From: an archaeon | GTDB taxonomy: Archaea > Nanobdellota > Nanobdellia > Pacearchaeales > DTIR01 | DNA: 64,000 bases | Direction of reading: 5' to 3' | Assembly: GCA_043808285.1 (NCBI GenBank) | Contig: JAZDFA010000012.1 | Coordinates: 67,680 to 131,679, forward strand | Shown here: positions 51,268-60,338 of the stretch, one piece after another | Layout of the letters: each line of letters opens with the position of its first letter | Numbering within the stretch: the stretch's first letter is position 1 | Program-made: the position numbers and the translations under genes | Notes under the pieces: model-generated | The model's database searches: none | What the model saw: only the letters and a program-made list of their open reading frames with translations | Told to the model about the DNA's origin: nothing

Positions 51268-51942
51268 ATGGGAAATATAGAAGCGAAGATTAGAATTAAA
51301 GGAAAACAATTTGAAATTCTAGTAGATTTAGATTCTGCTGTAAAGTTAAAGAAAACAGGACAGGGCTCTGCTCTTAACATATTGGCAGTAAATACTGTGT
51401 TTATAGATATAAAGAAAGGAATGCATGCAGGAGCAGAGGACCTAAAGGCAGCTTTTGGAACAGATGATTTAGAGACAGTAGTCGCACATATAATAAAAAA
51501 CGGAGAATTGCATCTTCCATTAGAATACCGAAGAGAAGAAACAGAGGCGAAGAGGAAACAGGTTGTAGATTTTTTGGCTAGGAACTGCATTGATCCAAGA
51601 ACTGGAACTCCGCATACTCCAACAAGGATAGAAACTGCATTGCATGAATCTCATATAAATTTAGATAACAGACCAATACAAGAGCAAATACCATTGGTAA
51701 TAAAGGAATTGCAAAAAATTCTTCCTCTAAGAATAGAAACAAAAAAATTAAGAATAAGAATTTCAGCAAACTACATAGGCAGTGCATATTCAATGATAAA
51801 AGAATTTAAAGAAAAAGAGGAATGGCTCGACGATGGAAGCCTGATGTGCGTGATAAATTTGCCAGCAGGAATGCAGTTAGAGTTCTATGATAAACTTAAT
51901 AAAGCCACACATGGTTCTGTTTTAACAGAGGAAGTAAAATAG
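51268..51942 (+). CDS. SBDS-family ribosome maturation protein (Sdo1)
   Basis: 224 aa. N-terminal FYSH-like IRIKGKQFEILVD. Superoperon position. Confidence 0.8.
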   Translation: MGNIEAKIRIKGKQFEILVDLDSAVKLKKTGQGSALNILAVNTVFIDIKKGMHAGAEDLKAAFGTDDLETVVAHIIKNGELHLPLEYRREETEAKRKQVVDFLARNCIDPRTGTPHTPTRIETALHESHINLDNRPIQEQIPLVIKELQKILPLRIETKKLRIRISANYIGSAYSMIKEFKEKEEWLDDGSLMCVINLPAGMQLEFYDKLNKATHGSVLTEEVK

Positions 51943-51945
51943 AAG

Positions 51946-52659
51946 ATGGAAAATCAAGTAGAATCAGAAAAGAATGACAAGAAGAGAGAGATAGTAATAC
52001 CTGGAGAAGCAATAGTAAAGGGATTAGAATATTTACCTGGAGACAATACATTAAGAAGTGGAGAAGCAATAATTGCCAGCAGATACGGCTTAGCAGATAT
52101 CTCAGACAGGCTTGTTAAGGTAATACCTCTGGCAGGAGTTTATATGCCAAGAAAAGGCAATATAGTAATCGGAAAGATAACAGATATAACTTTTAATGGA
52201 TGGATAATAGACATAAACGCACCTTATCAAGCATTCCTTTCAGCAATGGATGCTGGAAGATATGTCAACAAGAATGACTTAAGAGAATATTTAGATTTCG
52301 GCGACATAGTTATAGGAGAAGTATTTTCTGTCAAGCATAAGAGTGTTGACTTAACATTAAGAGGGAATGGACTTGAAAAACTTGAAGGCGGCATGATAAT
52401 AAAAATAAATTCAAATAAAGTGCCAAGAATTATAGGAAGAGAAGGAAGCATGATAAACATGATAAAGAAAGAAACTGGATGCGATATAATCGTAGGACAA
52501 AACGGGTTAGTATGGATAAACGGGGCAACTGTAGAGTCAGAGCTCTTTGCAAGAGACACAATAATGTTTATTGTTGAAAGGTCTTTTTTAGATGGATTAA
52601 CCGATAATGTTAAAGAATTTTTGGATAAGAGAAACAAAAATAAAGGAGATAAAAAATGA
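51946..52659 (+). CDS. rrp4: exosome complex RNA-binding protein Rrp4 (S1 + KH)
   Basis: 237 aa. VIPGE.., S1 segment GNIVIGKITDI..W.IDI, KH segment RIIGREGSMINMIKKETGCDIIVGQNG. Confidence 0.9.
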   Translation: MENQVESEKNDKKREIVIPGEAIVKGLEYLPGDNTLRSGEAIIASRYGLADISDRLVKVIPLAGVYMPRKGNIVIGKITDITFNGWIIDINAPYQAFLSAMDAGRYVNKNDLREYLDFGDIVIGEVFSVKHKSVDLTLRGNGLEKLEGGMIIKINSNKVPRIIGREGSMINMIKKETGCDIIVGQNGLVWINGATVESELFARDTIMFIVERSFLDGLTDNVKEFLDKRNKNKGDKK

Positions 52660-53363
52660 GCTATACAAAGAGAGCAGATGGAAGAGAATTTAATGAATCA
52701 AGAAAAATAACTGTAAAAGTAGGGGTGATTCCTAGAGCAGATGGTTCTGCAATGTTTTCTTTTGGAGATAGCATAGCTATTGCCGCAGTATACGGGCCAA
52801 AGCCATTGCATCCGCAGCATATGCAAGACCCAGAAAGAGGAGTATTAAGAGTTCATTATGATATGCAAAGTTTTTCTGTAACTGAGAGAAAGAAACCTGG
52901 ACCGAACAGAAGAAGCAGTGAGATCTCAAAAGTAATGGAGTGGTCTTTAAGACCCTTGTTACAGCTAGATTCATTTCCAAATACTGTAGTAGACTTATAC
53001 GTTACTATTGTGCAAGCAAATGCATCAACAAGATGCGCTGCAATAAACGCAGCCTCAGTAGCATTGGCTGCAGCAGGGATACCTATGACTGATTTAGTTA
53101 CTGCTGTTTCAGTAGGCAAGATAGACAAAACACTTGTTGTTGATGTGATAAAAGAAGAGGAAGATTATGGGGAGGGAGAAGGAGCTACTGATATACCTTT
53201 GGCTTTCTTTTCAAATTCTGATAAGATCTCATTATTGCAGTTAGATGGAACAATAACTATTGAGGAAATGAAGAAGGCAATAGAGCTAGGAAAAGAAGCA
53301 TGCAAAAGCATTTATGCTGCGCAAAAGGATGCATTAAAGGCATTAAAAGAGGGGGAAAATTAA
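52656..53363 (+). CDS. rrp41: exosome complex exonuclease Rrp41 (RNase PH domain)
   Basis: 235 aa. RADGREFNESR..ADGSAMFSFGDS..AAVYGP. Confidence 0.9.
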   Translation: MSYTKRADGREFNESRKITVKVGVIPRADGSAMFSFGDSIAIAAVYGPKPLHPQHMQDPERGVLRVHYDMQSFSVTERKKPGPNRRSSEISKVMEWSLRPLLQLDSFPNTVVDLYVTIVQANASTRCAAINAASVALAAAGIPMTDLVTAVSVGKIDKTLVVDVIKEEEDYGEGEGATDIPLAFFSNSDKISLLQLDGTITIEEMKKAIELGKEACKSIYAAQKDALKALKEGEN

Positions 53364-53364
53364 A

Positions 53365-54198
53365 ATGGAAATAAGCAATATAACAAGAAGAAGAATTAAT
53401 GAATATTTATCTCAAGGAAAAAGGTTTGATGGCAGAAATTTGCTGGAATACAGACCGATATCAATAGATTTAGGCATATCAAAGAATGCAGATGGTTCTG
53501 CAAGAGTAAGGATAGGCAAGACAGAAGTTTTTGTAGGAGTAAAAATGAGTGTTGCAGCGCCTTATCCAGATTCAGCCGAGGCAGGAGTATTTATGGTAAC
53601 AACTGAATTAAGCCCATTGGCTTCAGAAAGATACGAGTTAGGACCTCCAGGAATAGAATCTATTGAGATGGCAAGACTTGTTGACAGAGGATTAAGAGAA
53701 TCAGGATTCATAGAATTTGAAAAATTATGCATAAAGAAAGGAGAAAAGGTATGGTGCGTATTTTTGGATATTTATCCAATGAATGATGATGGCAATGTTT
53801 TAGATGCCGCATGCATAGCTTCAATAGCTGCATTACAGGATACGAGAATACCAGAATATGACCAAGAGAATGACAAGGTAAATTTTGGGCATTGGACAGA
53901 CAAGAGACTTCCATTGACAGAGCATATGCCATTAACAATGACATTTCATAAAATAGGCAAGACAATAATATTAGACCCTTCAACTGAAGAGGGAGAAGCA
54001 AGCGAAGCAAGACTTACAATAGCAATCTCCCCAAGGGATAAGAAACCATACATAAATGCAATGCAGAAAGGAAATGAAAAGGAATTAACACAACAAGAAA
54101 CTTTTGACACACTTGACACTGCAGGAAAAGTCTGGCAGAAACTTTACCCAGAAATATTGGAGAAAATAGACGGCGCAAGAAAAAAGAGAGGAAAATAA
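53365..54198 (+). CDS. rrp42: exosome complex component Rrp42
   Basis: 277 aa. RFDGRNLLEYRPISIDLG..ADGSARVRIGKTEV. Confidence 0.9.
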   Translation: MEISNITRRRINEYLSQGKRFDGRNLLEYRPISIDLGISKNADGSARVRIGKTEVFVGVKMSVAAPYPDSAEAGVFMVTTELSPLASERYELGPPGIESIEMARLVDRGLRESGFIEFEKLCIKKGEKVWCVFLDIYPMNDDGNVLDAACIASIAALQDTRIPEYDQENDKVNFGHWTDKRLPLTEHMPLTMTFHKIGKTIILDPSTEEGEASEARLTIAISPRDKKPYINAMQKGNEKELTQQETFDTLDTAGKVWQKLYPEILEKIDGARKKRGK

Positions 54199-54214
54199 GT
54201 TTATAAACTGATTT

Positions 54215-54670
54215 TTGATAAGTTCTAAAATGATAGATTTGAATAAAAAACAACAGATAGAAAACAAGTTTACAAAATATGAGATAGCAAGAATTCTTGG
54301 AGCAAGGGCATTGCAAATATCAATGAATGCACCTGTTTTGATAAAGATGGATAAGAAAGAATTAGAGGCAGTTAGTTATGATCCTTTAAAGATAGCAGAA
54401 ATTGAGCTATATGCCGGAGTTCTTCCAATAACTGTAAAGAGGCCGTTTCCTCAAAGGTCTGTTGAAAAGATAAACAAGTTAAAAGAGGCAGCAAAGGAAA
54501 AGCCAGAAATAAAGGAAGTAAAGCAGGAAAAAAAGCCAGAAGTAAAAGAAGTAAAGGAAGTAAAGGAAGAAGAGATTATCAAGGAAGTAGAAGGAACAGA
54601 AGTAATGGAATTAGCAACGCCAGAAGATGAAATCGAGGAAGAATCTGGCGGAGATGAAGAAGTAGAGTAA
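54215..54670 (+). CDS. rpoK: DNA-directed RNA polymerase subunit K (Rpo6) with ~70-aa Lys/Glu-rich C-terminal extension
   Basis: 151 aa. [45 protein letters not shown] is the Rpo6 core. Tail carries KEVK-type tandem repeats. Confidence 0.8.
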   Translation: MISSKMIDLNKKQQIENKFTKYEIARILGARALQISMNAPVLIKMDKKELEAVSYDPLKIAEIELYAGVLPITVKRPFPQRSVEKINKLKEAAKEKPEIKEVKQEKKPEVKEVKEVKEEEIIKEVEGTEVMELATPEDEIEEESGGDEEVE

Positions 54671-54680
54671 ACATTTCTCA

Positions 54681-54846
54681 ATGTCAGAAATGTTGTTCAA
54701 ACCGCGCCATTTAGTGTGCATTTCTGATCACTTGGAAATCTTATGATTTCCTGTGCAGGAAATTTTTTTGAAGAATTTCCTTGCATCCAGAAAACCTACG
54801 CAAACATCCCAACTTTAATGTGCGATAGACATAAGGTTTTCTTGAT
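54681..54846 (+). repeat. modular hairpin repeat locus R11 (forward)
   Basis: ATGTCAGAAATG-TTGTTCAAACCGCGCC..GTGTGCATTTCTGATCA-CTTGGAAATC/GATTTCCTGTG-CAGGAAATT/GAATTTCCTTGCATCC-AGAAAACC..GGTTTTCT. Confidence 0.85.
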
Positions 54847-54884
54847 TGGAAATATTTTTAACTAAAGAATTCTCTTTGTTTATT

Positions 54885-56129
54885 ATGTTAGTAAGAGATA
54901 TTGATGCAAGAATAATAAAAGATTCCAGAAAAGAGGACACAATTGAAGTAGAGGTGATAACTAAAGATGGAAGATTTACTGCGTCTGCACCTTCTGGAAA
55001 GAGCAAGGGAATTCATGAGGCAGAGGCTTTTTCTTCAAGAGGAAATGACTTTTCAATTGCATTTGCAAAAGCAATGGGTAAAAAATTAGGCGAAAAAGAA
55101 CTTTTAGTATTTGATGATTTGAAGATACTGGAGGATTATGCAAGGAAGCTTGACAACAGCGACAACTGGAGCATAATCGGGGCAAATACTCTTTACGCAT
55201 TGGAGGCTGCATTGCTCAAAGCTATTGCAGCTTCACAAGGGCAGGAGCTTTGGAGATTCTTGTGCAACAAGCCGGGAATATTGCCTTTGCCTTTAGGAAA
55301 TTGCATTGGCGGGGGGAAGCATGTAAAACAGGATACTAAGACAGACATCCAGGAATTTTTGATTTTGCCAAAGACCAAATCATTTTATGATGCATATTTC
55401 ATAAATCTTCAAGCTTACAAGATTGCAAAACAAATTCTAGTTGAAAGAGACAAGAGATATGAGGGAATTTTAACAGACGAGAAAGCATTTGCATCAACAC
55501 TAGAGAATGAGGAGGTTCTTCAATTGCTTAGCGAGGTTAGAGAAGTTATAAAAAACAAATTCGGGATAACCCTGCAATTAGGGGTGGATGTTGCCTCTTC
55601 AAGTTTTTTCGTAAATAAATATTATTATTACAATAATCCTGCGAAGAAACTAAAAAAAGAAGACCAGATAGCGCATATGATTAACTTAATAGAGAAATAT
55701 AATTTATCATATATTGAAGATCCACTAAATGAAGAAGATTTTGAAGGATTCAAAAAACTCAAAGAGCATATTGACAGCAGCAATATAAAATGCATGGTCT
55801 GCGCAGATGATTTGACCGCTACTCAATTTGACAGAGTTGAGCGGGCAGTGAATGAAAATTGCATGCATGCAATGATTATCAAGCCAAATCAAAATGGCTC
55901 GATACTCCAAACAAAGAGAATAGTTGATTTTGCAAAATCAAGAGGAATAAACTGCGTCATGTCTCATCGTTCTGGAGAGACATTAGACAACACGATAGCA
56001 CATTTAGCAACTGGTTGGCAGATTCCAATAATAAAAACTGGAATATTGGGCAAGGAGAGATTTGCAAAACTTCATGAATTATTAAGGATAGAAAGAGAAA
56101 TAAGCAAAAAACAAATTTCAAAATCATAA
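54885..56129 (+). CDS. eno: enolase (divergent)
   Basis: ORF 54846..56129, start moved to MLVRDIDARIIKDSRKEDTIEVEV. SAPSGKSKGIHEA and SHRSGETLDNTIAHLA match enolase signatures with substitutions. Confidence 0.75.
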   Translation: MLVRDIDARIIKDSRKEDTIEVEVITKDGRFTASAPSGKSKGIHEAEAFSSRGNDFSIAFAKAMGKKLGEKELLVFDDLKILEDYARKLDNSDNWSIIGANTLYALEAALLKAIAASQGQELWRFLCNKPGILPLPLGNCIGGGKHVKQDTKTDIQEFLILPKTKSFYDAYFINLQAYKIAKQILVERDKRYEGILTDEKAFASTLENEEVLQLLSEVREVIKNKFGITLQLGVDVASSSFFVNKYYYYNNPAKKLKKEDQIAHMINLIEKYNLSYIEDPLNEEDFEGFKKLKEHIDSSNIKCMVCADDLTATQFDRVERAVNENCMHAMIIKPNQNGSILQTKRIVDFAKSRGINCVMSHRSGETLDNTIAHLATGWQIPIIKTGILGKERFAKLHELLRIEREISKKQISKS

Positions 56130-56305
56130 CATTGAGAATCACAAGATTCTCTCTGTTACAGAGGAAACATCTCTGTTTCTTATGCATAGAAAAACGAAGT
56201 TTTTCTCTGGGATGCAAGGAAATTCAAAAGAATTTCAGGCACAGAAAATCCAAATGATTTTCTTGTGCTCAAGAACACACGAATTTGGTCAAGTGTTCTT
56301 GACAC
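56130..56305 (-). repeat. modular hairpin repeat locus R12 (reverse)
   Basis: GAGAATC/GATTCTC, ..AGAAAAAC/GTTTTTCT.., GGGATGCAAGGAAATTC/GAATTTCAGG, CACAGAAAATC/GATTTTCTTGTG, CTCAAGAACAC..GTGTTCTTGACAC. Confidence 0.85.
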
Positions 56306-56376
56306 AGAAGTAATTATTTTTTCTACTTCATCGATAAAAGGTAAGATTTAAAAACGTTCTAATTTTAAGGATAAAC

Positions 56377-57198
56377 ATGCCAAGAAAGAAAAAGACAGAA
56401 GAATCAGGGGAAGTATTGGAAGAAACAACTGAAGTTTTAGAAGAAACAGAGAAAGCACCTCCTGAAACAGAGAAAGCGCCAGAAGAAATGAGCGAGGGAA
56501 AGAAAAGATTACTTCAAAGAGCAAAGCAATTAGAAGGAAAGATAGAGGAGAAAGTCAAGGCAGAAGAAGTAAAAATAGAAGATCCAAAGCCTGAGCAAAA
56601 AGAAGGAACTTTAGTATATCCTCTTGAAGATTATGTCAGGGCGGGGATACATCTTGGTACGAGAGTAATCTCTGGAGATATGAGGAGTTATGTTTATAGA
56701 AGAAGGGCAGATGGATTAGCGATACTAAATACTAATTTAATAGATAAAAATCTTCATGAAGCTGCAGAGTACATCTCAAAATTCAAGGCAGCTGATGTAA
56801 TACTTGCATGCAAGAGAGAAGCCGGATGGATTGCAGGAAAGAAATTCGGGGAAGTTACTGGAATAAAAGTATTCACAAAGAAATATCCTGTAGGATTAAT
56901 AACAAACCCAACACTTGCTGATTTCTTTGAGCCGGCATTGGTAATAATTTGCGACCCATGGCTAGACAAGAACTTGCTAAATGATGCACAGAACATAAGA
57001 ATACCAGTGGTAGGATTATGCGATACAAATAATGTTACAAAAGGAATAAACTACATAATCGCGTGCAATAACAAGAGCAATAAGTCAATAGGAATTGTTC
57101 TCTACCTTATTGCCAAGGAATATTGCAGCAAGAATTCATTGCCTTTCGATGCAGAGATAAAAGATTTTGCCGGTGAAGAATTAGAAGACAACAAGTAA
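56377..57198 (+). CDS. rps2: 30S ribosomal protein S2 (uS2) with ~75-aa Glu/Lys-rich N-terminal extension
   Basis: 273 aa. Core YVRAGIHLGTRVISGDMRSYVYRRRADGLAILN. Extension has tandem EVLEET and ETEKAP duplications. Confidence 0.85.
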   Translation: MPRKKKTEESGEVLEETTEVLEETEKAPPETEKAPEEMSEGKKRLLQRAKQLEGKIEEKVKAEEVKIEDPKPEQKEGTLVYPLEDYVRAGIHLGTRVISGDMRSYVYRRRADGLAILNTNLIDKNLHEAAEYISKFKAADVILACKREAGWIAGKKFGEVTGIKVFTKKYPVGLITNPTLADFFEPALVIICDPWLDKNLLNDAQNIRIPVVGLCDTNNVTKGINYIIACNNKSNKSIGIVLYLIAKEYCSKNSLPFDAEIKDFAGEELEDNK

Positions 57199-57225
57199 AT
57201 TTTTTCTTTTAAGTTTTAGAAATAA

Positions 57226-57245
57226 AATAGAAATATTTATAAATA
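57226..57245 (+). promoter_or_regulatory. consensus BRE/TATA promoter on plus strand
   Basis: AATAGAAATATTTATAAATA. No convincing ORF starts within 30 nt. The next features are repeat R13 and the gene at 57427. Confidence 0.4.
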
Positions 57246-57288
57246 CAGTGTATATACCATGTGTATACATAAAGTATACATTAAAAAT

Positions 57289-57379
57289 CCTAAAAATCAG
57301 ATGATTTTTAGTCTGCTCGGAAACAGAGGAAATCTTAATTGATTTCCTATGCCCCGAAAAGCAGAAGCTTTTCGCGGTG
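57289..57379 (-). repeat. modular hairpin repeat locus R13 (isolated inner two-hairpin unit, reverse)
   Basis: Reverse complement reads CCGCGAAAAGC/GCTTTTCGGGG-CAT-AGGAAATC/GATTTCCT-CTGTTT, identical in layout to the interior of full modules. Confidence 0.75.
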
Positions 57380-57426
57380 GAACCGAGATAAAAAATAGAA
57401 AACAAAATAAATAAACCATTTCCGAC

Positions 57427-57777
57427 ATGACAGATTTATTCGAAAATACAGTATTATGCAAGGATTGCAACGTAAAAATGAGCAATGTGCTAGTTCATAA
57501 AAATGGATTTAACCTTAGAGCATTGCAATGCCCAAAATGCTCAAACAGGATATATCACCCAGAGGATGTTGAGGAGTACAAGAAATTTGCAGAAATAAAA
57601 AATAAGGTTTTTAAAGTTAAACTTCGAATAGTTGGCAATAGCTATGCTGTTAGCATTCCAAAAGAGATTGTTGATTTCATACATGACCAGGAAAATTTGA
57701 TGGACAACATGGTCAGATTATGCTTTGAGGAAGCAGGAAAGCTTTCTCTTTCATTCGATAACGAGGAGAGAAGATAA
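57427..57777 (+). CDS. Zn-ribbon plus AbrB/SpoVT-like DNA-binding domain protein
   Basis: 116 aa. CKDC..CPKC, then LRIVGNSYAVSIPKEIVDFI (swapped-hairpin AbrB/MazE-like). Confidence 0.5.
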   Translation: MTDLFENTVLCKDCNVKMSNVLVHKNGFNLRALQCPKCSNRIYHPEDVEEYKKFAEIKNKVFKVKLRIVGNSYAVSIPKEIVDFIHDQENLMDNMVRLCFEEAGKLSLSFDNEERR

Positions 57778-57780
57778 AAA

Positions 57781-60336
57781 ATGGCTGAAGTAAAATTAAA
57801 AGTTGTTGAAGCATTACCTGATGATGCATACAAGGGAATCGCAAGAATAGATTCTGAAACAATGAAAGTATTGGGAGTAAGCAGGGGAGATGTGGTAACC
57901 ATTAAAGGAAAAAGGGAAACTGTTGTAATAGTTGACAGAGCATATCCTGCAGATGTTGGCGAGGGGGTTATAAGAGTTGACGGGATAATAAGAAGGAATG
58001 CAAAAACAAGCATTGGAGAAACAGTTGCATTGAACAAAACAGATGTAAAGGATGCAAAAAAAATTGTTATAGCTCCAGCACAACAGGGAATACAAATTCA
58101 GGGAAATCCAGAAACATTCAAGAGAGGATTGCTTGGGAGAGCCGTAGTAAAGGGAGATATAATTGTTTTGGGAGGAGTAGAAAAAAGAAGGGAGATAATG
58201 TCGGAGATGGATTTGTTTAGCAATATTTTTTCTGAAGCATTTGGACCAGAAATGTTCTCATCATTTAATCAGTCAGCATTAAGACTCATAATCGCATCAG
58301 TTCAGCCATCCACACCATGTGTAATTGCAGAGCACACAGAGATAATAATAAGCCAAAAGGCTATAGATGTCAGTGAAGAGAAGGTTCCAGAGGTTACATA
58401 TGAAGATATTGGAGGATTGGAAGAAGAAATAAAGAAAATAAGGGAGATGGTAGAACTGCCTCTTAAACACCCTGAAATATTTACTGCACTTGGAATTGAC
58501 CCTCCAAAAGGAGTTTTGCTTTTTGGTCCGCCGGGAACTGGAAAGACATTATTGGCAAAAGCAGTTGCAAATGAGAGCGAGGCAAATTTTATCCTGATAA
58601 ACGGTCCTGAAATAATGAGCAAGTTTTATGGAGAGTCAGAAAAGAAAATAAGAGATATATTTGAGGAGGCAGAAAAATCAGCCCCCGCAATAATTTTTAT
58701 TGATGAGATAGATGCAATTGCTTCAAAAAGAGAAGAAAGTTATGGAGAGGTTGAGAGGAGAGTTGTTTCTCAGATTCTTACTATGATGGATGGCTTGAAG
58801 TCAAGAGGCAAGGTTGTTGTTATCGGGGCGACTAACATGCCAAATTCTTTGGACCCAGCATTAAGAAGACCGGGAAGATTTGACCGGGAAATAGAGATTA
58901 GTGTCCCAGACAAAAAAGGAAGATTGTCAATATTAAAGATTCACACAAGAAACATGCCCTTGAAAGATGTTAATCTTGAAGAATTGGCTGCTGTAACTCA
59001 TGGATTTGTGGGAGCAGATTTATCTGCACTAACAAAGGAAGCTGCAATGAATGTTTTAAGAAAGGTTCTTCCTAGCTTGAACCTAAAAGAAGACCAAGAG
59101 GTACCCAGAGAGGTATTAATCAAATTGAAAGTTTTTGACAATGATTTTAGGGAAGCATTAAGGGTTGTAAGGCCTTCTGCAATGAGAGAGGTATTGGTTG
59201 AAAAACCAAATGTAAAATGGGAAGATATTGGTGGGCTAGATAGCATAAAGCAGGAATTAAGAGAGGCAGTTGAATGGCCGCTAAAACATCCAGAATCTTT
59301 CAAGAGAATGGGAATAAGGCCCCCAAGAGGGATATTAGTTTATGGTCCGCCGGGAACTGGAAAGACATTATTGGCAAAAGCAGTTGCAAATGAGAGCGAG
59401 GCAAACTTCATACAGGTAAAAGGGCCCTCATTGCTTAGCATGTGGGTTGGGAAATCTGAAGAAGGAGTAAGAAAAATATTTGAGAGGGCAAGGCAAGTTT
59501 CTCCATGTGTTATATTTTTCGACGAGATAGACTCATTGGCTTCAAGAAGAGGATATGATAATGGCTCAAAAGTTACAGAAAGGGTACTCAACCAGATGCT
59601 TGCAGAGATGGATGGAATTGAAGAATTGCAAGGTGTTATCGTCATAGGAGCAACTAACAGGCCAGACATGCTTGACCCCGCCCTGTTAAGACCTGGAAGA
59701 TTTGATAGAATAATCTCTACATCTGTGCCAGACAAAAAAGGAAGATTGGCGGTATTGAATATACACACTAAGAATATACCTATTATGGATGAAAAGTTAT
59801 CTAAAGAGCTAAAACAAATTCTTGAGGGTTTATCTGAAAAATCATTTGAAAAGTATCTTTCTAACTTATCTACTGATGCTAAGAAAAATGAGGAAGAAAT
59901 TTATTTATTAACTAACTATAAATCCATAATCTATTCTAGAATTGGAGAGGGTTCGAAGGTTGATGAGGAAGAAGAGAAAAAAGAAGAAAAAGATAAGAAG
60001 GAAAAGAGAGATTATGATTTCAAAAAATTAATTCATCTTCTAAATAGAATAGAGATAGAAAAACAGAAGATTCTTGGAGAGATATCAGAGAAGACAGAAG
60101 GATATGTCGGAGCAGATTTAGAGGGCCTGGCAAGAGAAGCGGCAATGATTGCATTAAGAGAAGATATGACCTGCAAGGAAGTTAAGAAAAAGCATTTTGA
60201 TGAAGTGCTTAAAAAGTTATATCCTTCAGTAACTCCAGAGGATATCAAGAGATACAAGTCGATAGAAAGCAATTATCTCCGCTCAGCACGTGCAGCTTTG
60301 GATGCGCCTAAGGGCAAAGCAGAGTATCTTGGTTAA
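57781..60336 (+). CDS. cdc48: CDC48/VCP-type AAA+ ATPase (N domain, D1, D2) with ~100-aa insertion in D2
   Basis: 851 aa. N-domain [18 protein letters not shown]. Two [22 protein letters not shown] Walker A segments, two DEID Walker B. Confidence 0.9.
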   Translation: MAEVKLKVVEALPDDAYKGIARIDSETMKVLGVSRGDVVTIKGKRETVVIVDRAYPADVGEGVIRVDGIIRRNAKTSIGETVALNKTDVKDAKKIVIAPAQQGIQIQGNPETFKRGLLGRAVVKGDIIVLGGVEKRREIMSEMDLFSNIFSEAFGPEMFSSFNQSALRLIIASVQPSTPCVIAEHTEIIISQKAIDVSEEKVPEVTYEDIGGLEEEIKKIREMVELPLKHPEIFTALGIDPPKGVLLFGPPGTGKTLLAKAVANESEANFILINGPEIMSKFYGESEKKIRDIFEEAEKSAPAIIFIDEIDAIASKREESYGEVERRVVSQILTMMDGLKSRGKVVVIGATNMPNSLDPALRRPGRFDREIEISVPDKKGRLSILKIHTRNMPLKDVNLEELAAVTHGFVGADLSALTKEAAMNVLRKVLPSLNLKEDQEVPREVLIKLKVFDNDFREALRVVRPSAMREVLVEKPNVKWEDIGGLDSIKQELREAVEWPLKHPESFKRMGIRPPRGILVYGPPGTGKTLLAKAVANESEANFIQVKGPSLLSMWVGKSEEGVRKIFERARQVSPCVIFFDEIDSLASRRGYDNGSKVTERVLNQMLAEMDGIEELQGVIVIGATNRPDMLDPALLRPGRFDRIISTSVPDKKGRLAVLNIHTKNIPIMDEKLSKELKQILEGLSEKSFEKYLSNLSTDAKKNEEEIYLLTNYKSIIYSRIGEGSKVDEEEEKKEEKDKKEKRDYDFKKLIHLLNRIEIEKQKILGEISEKTEGYVGADLEGLAREAAMIALREDMTCKEVKKKHFDEVLKKLYPSVTPEDIKRYKSIESNYLRSARAALDAPKGKAEYLG

Positions 60337-60338
60337 TC

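Noticed and set aside
57259-57342. 27-codon ORF (MCIHKVYIKNPKNQMIFSLLGNRGNLN) downstream of the promoter at 57226
   Set aside because: It reads into repeat R13 and has no conservation signal. The region is more likely non-coding leader or sRNA.
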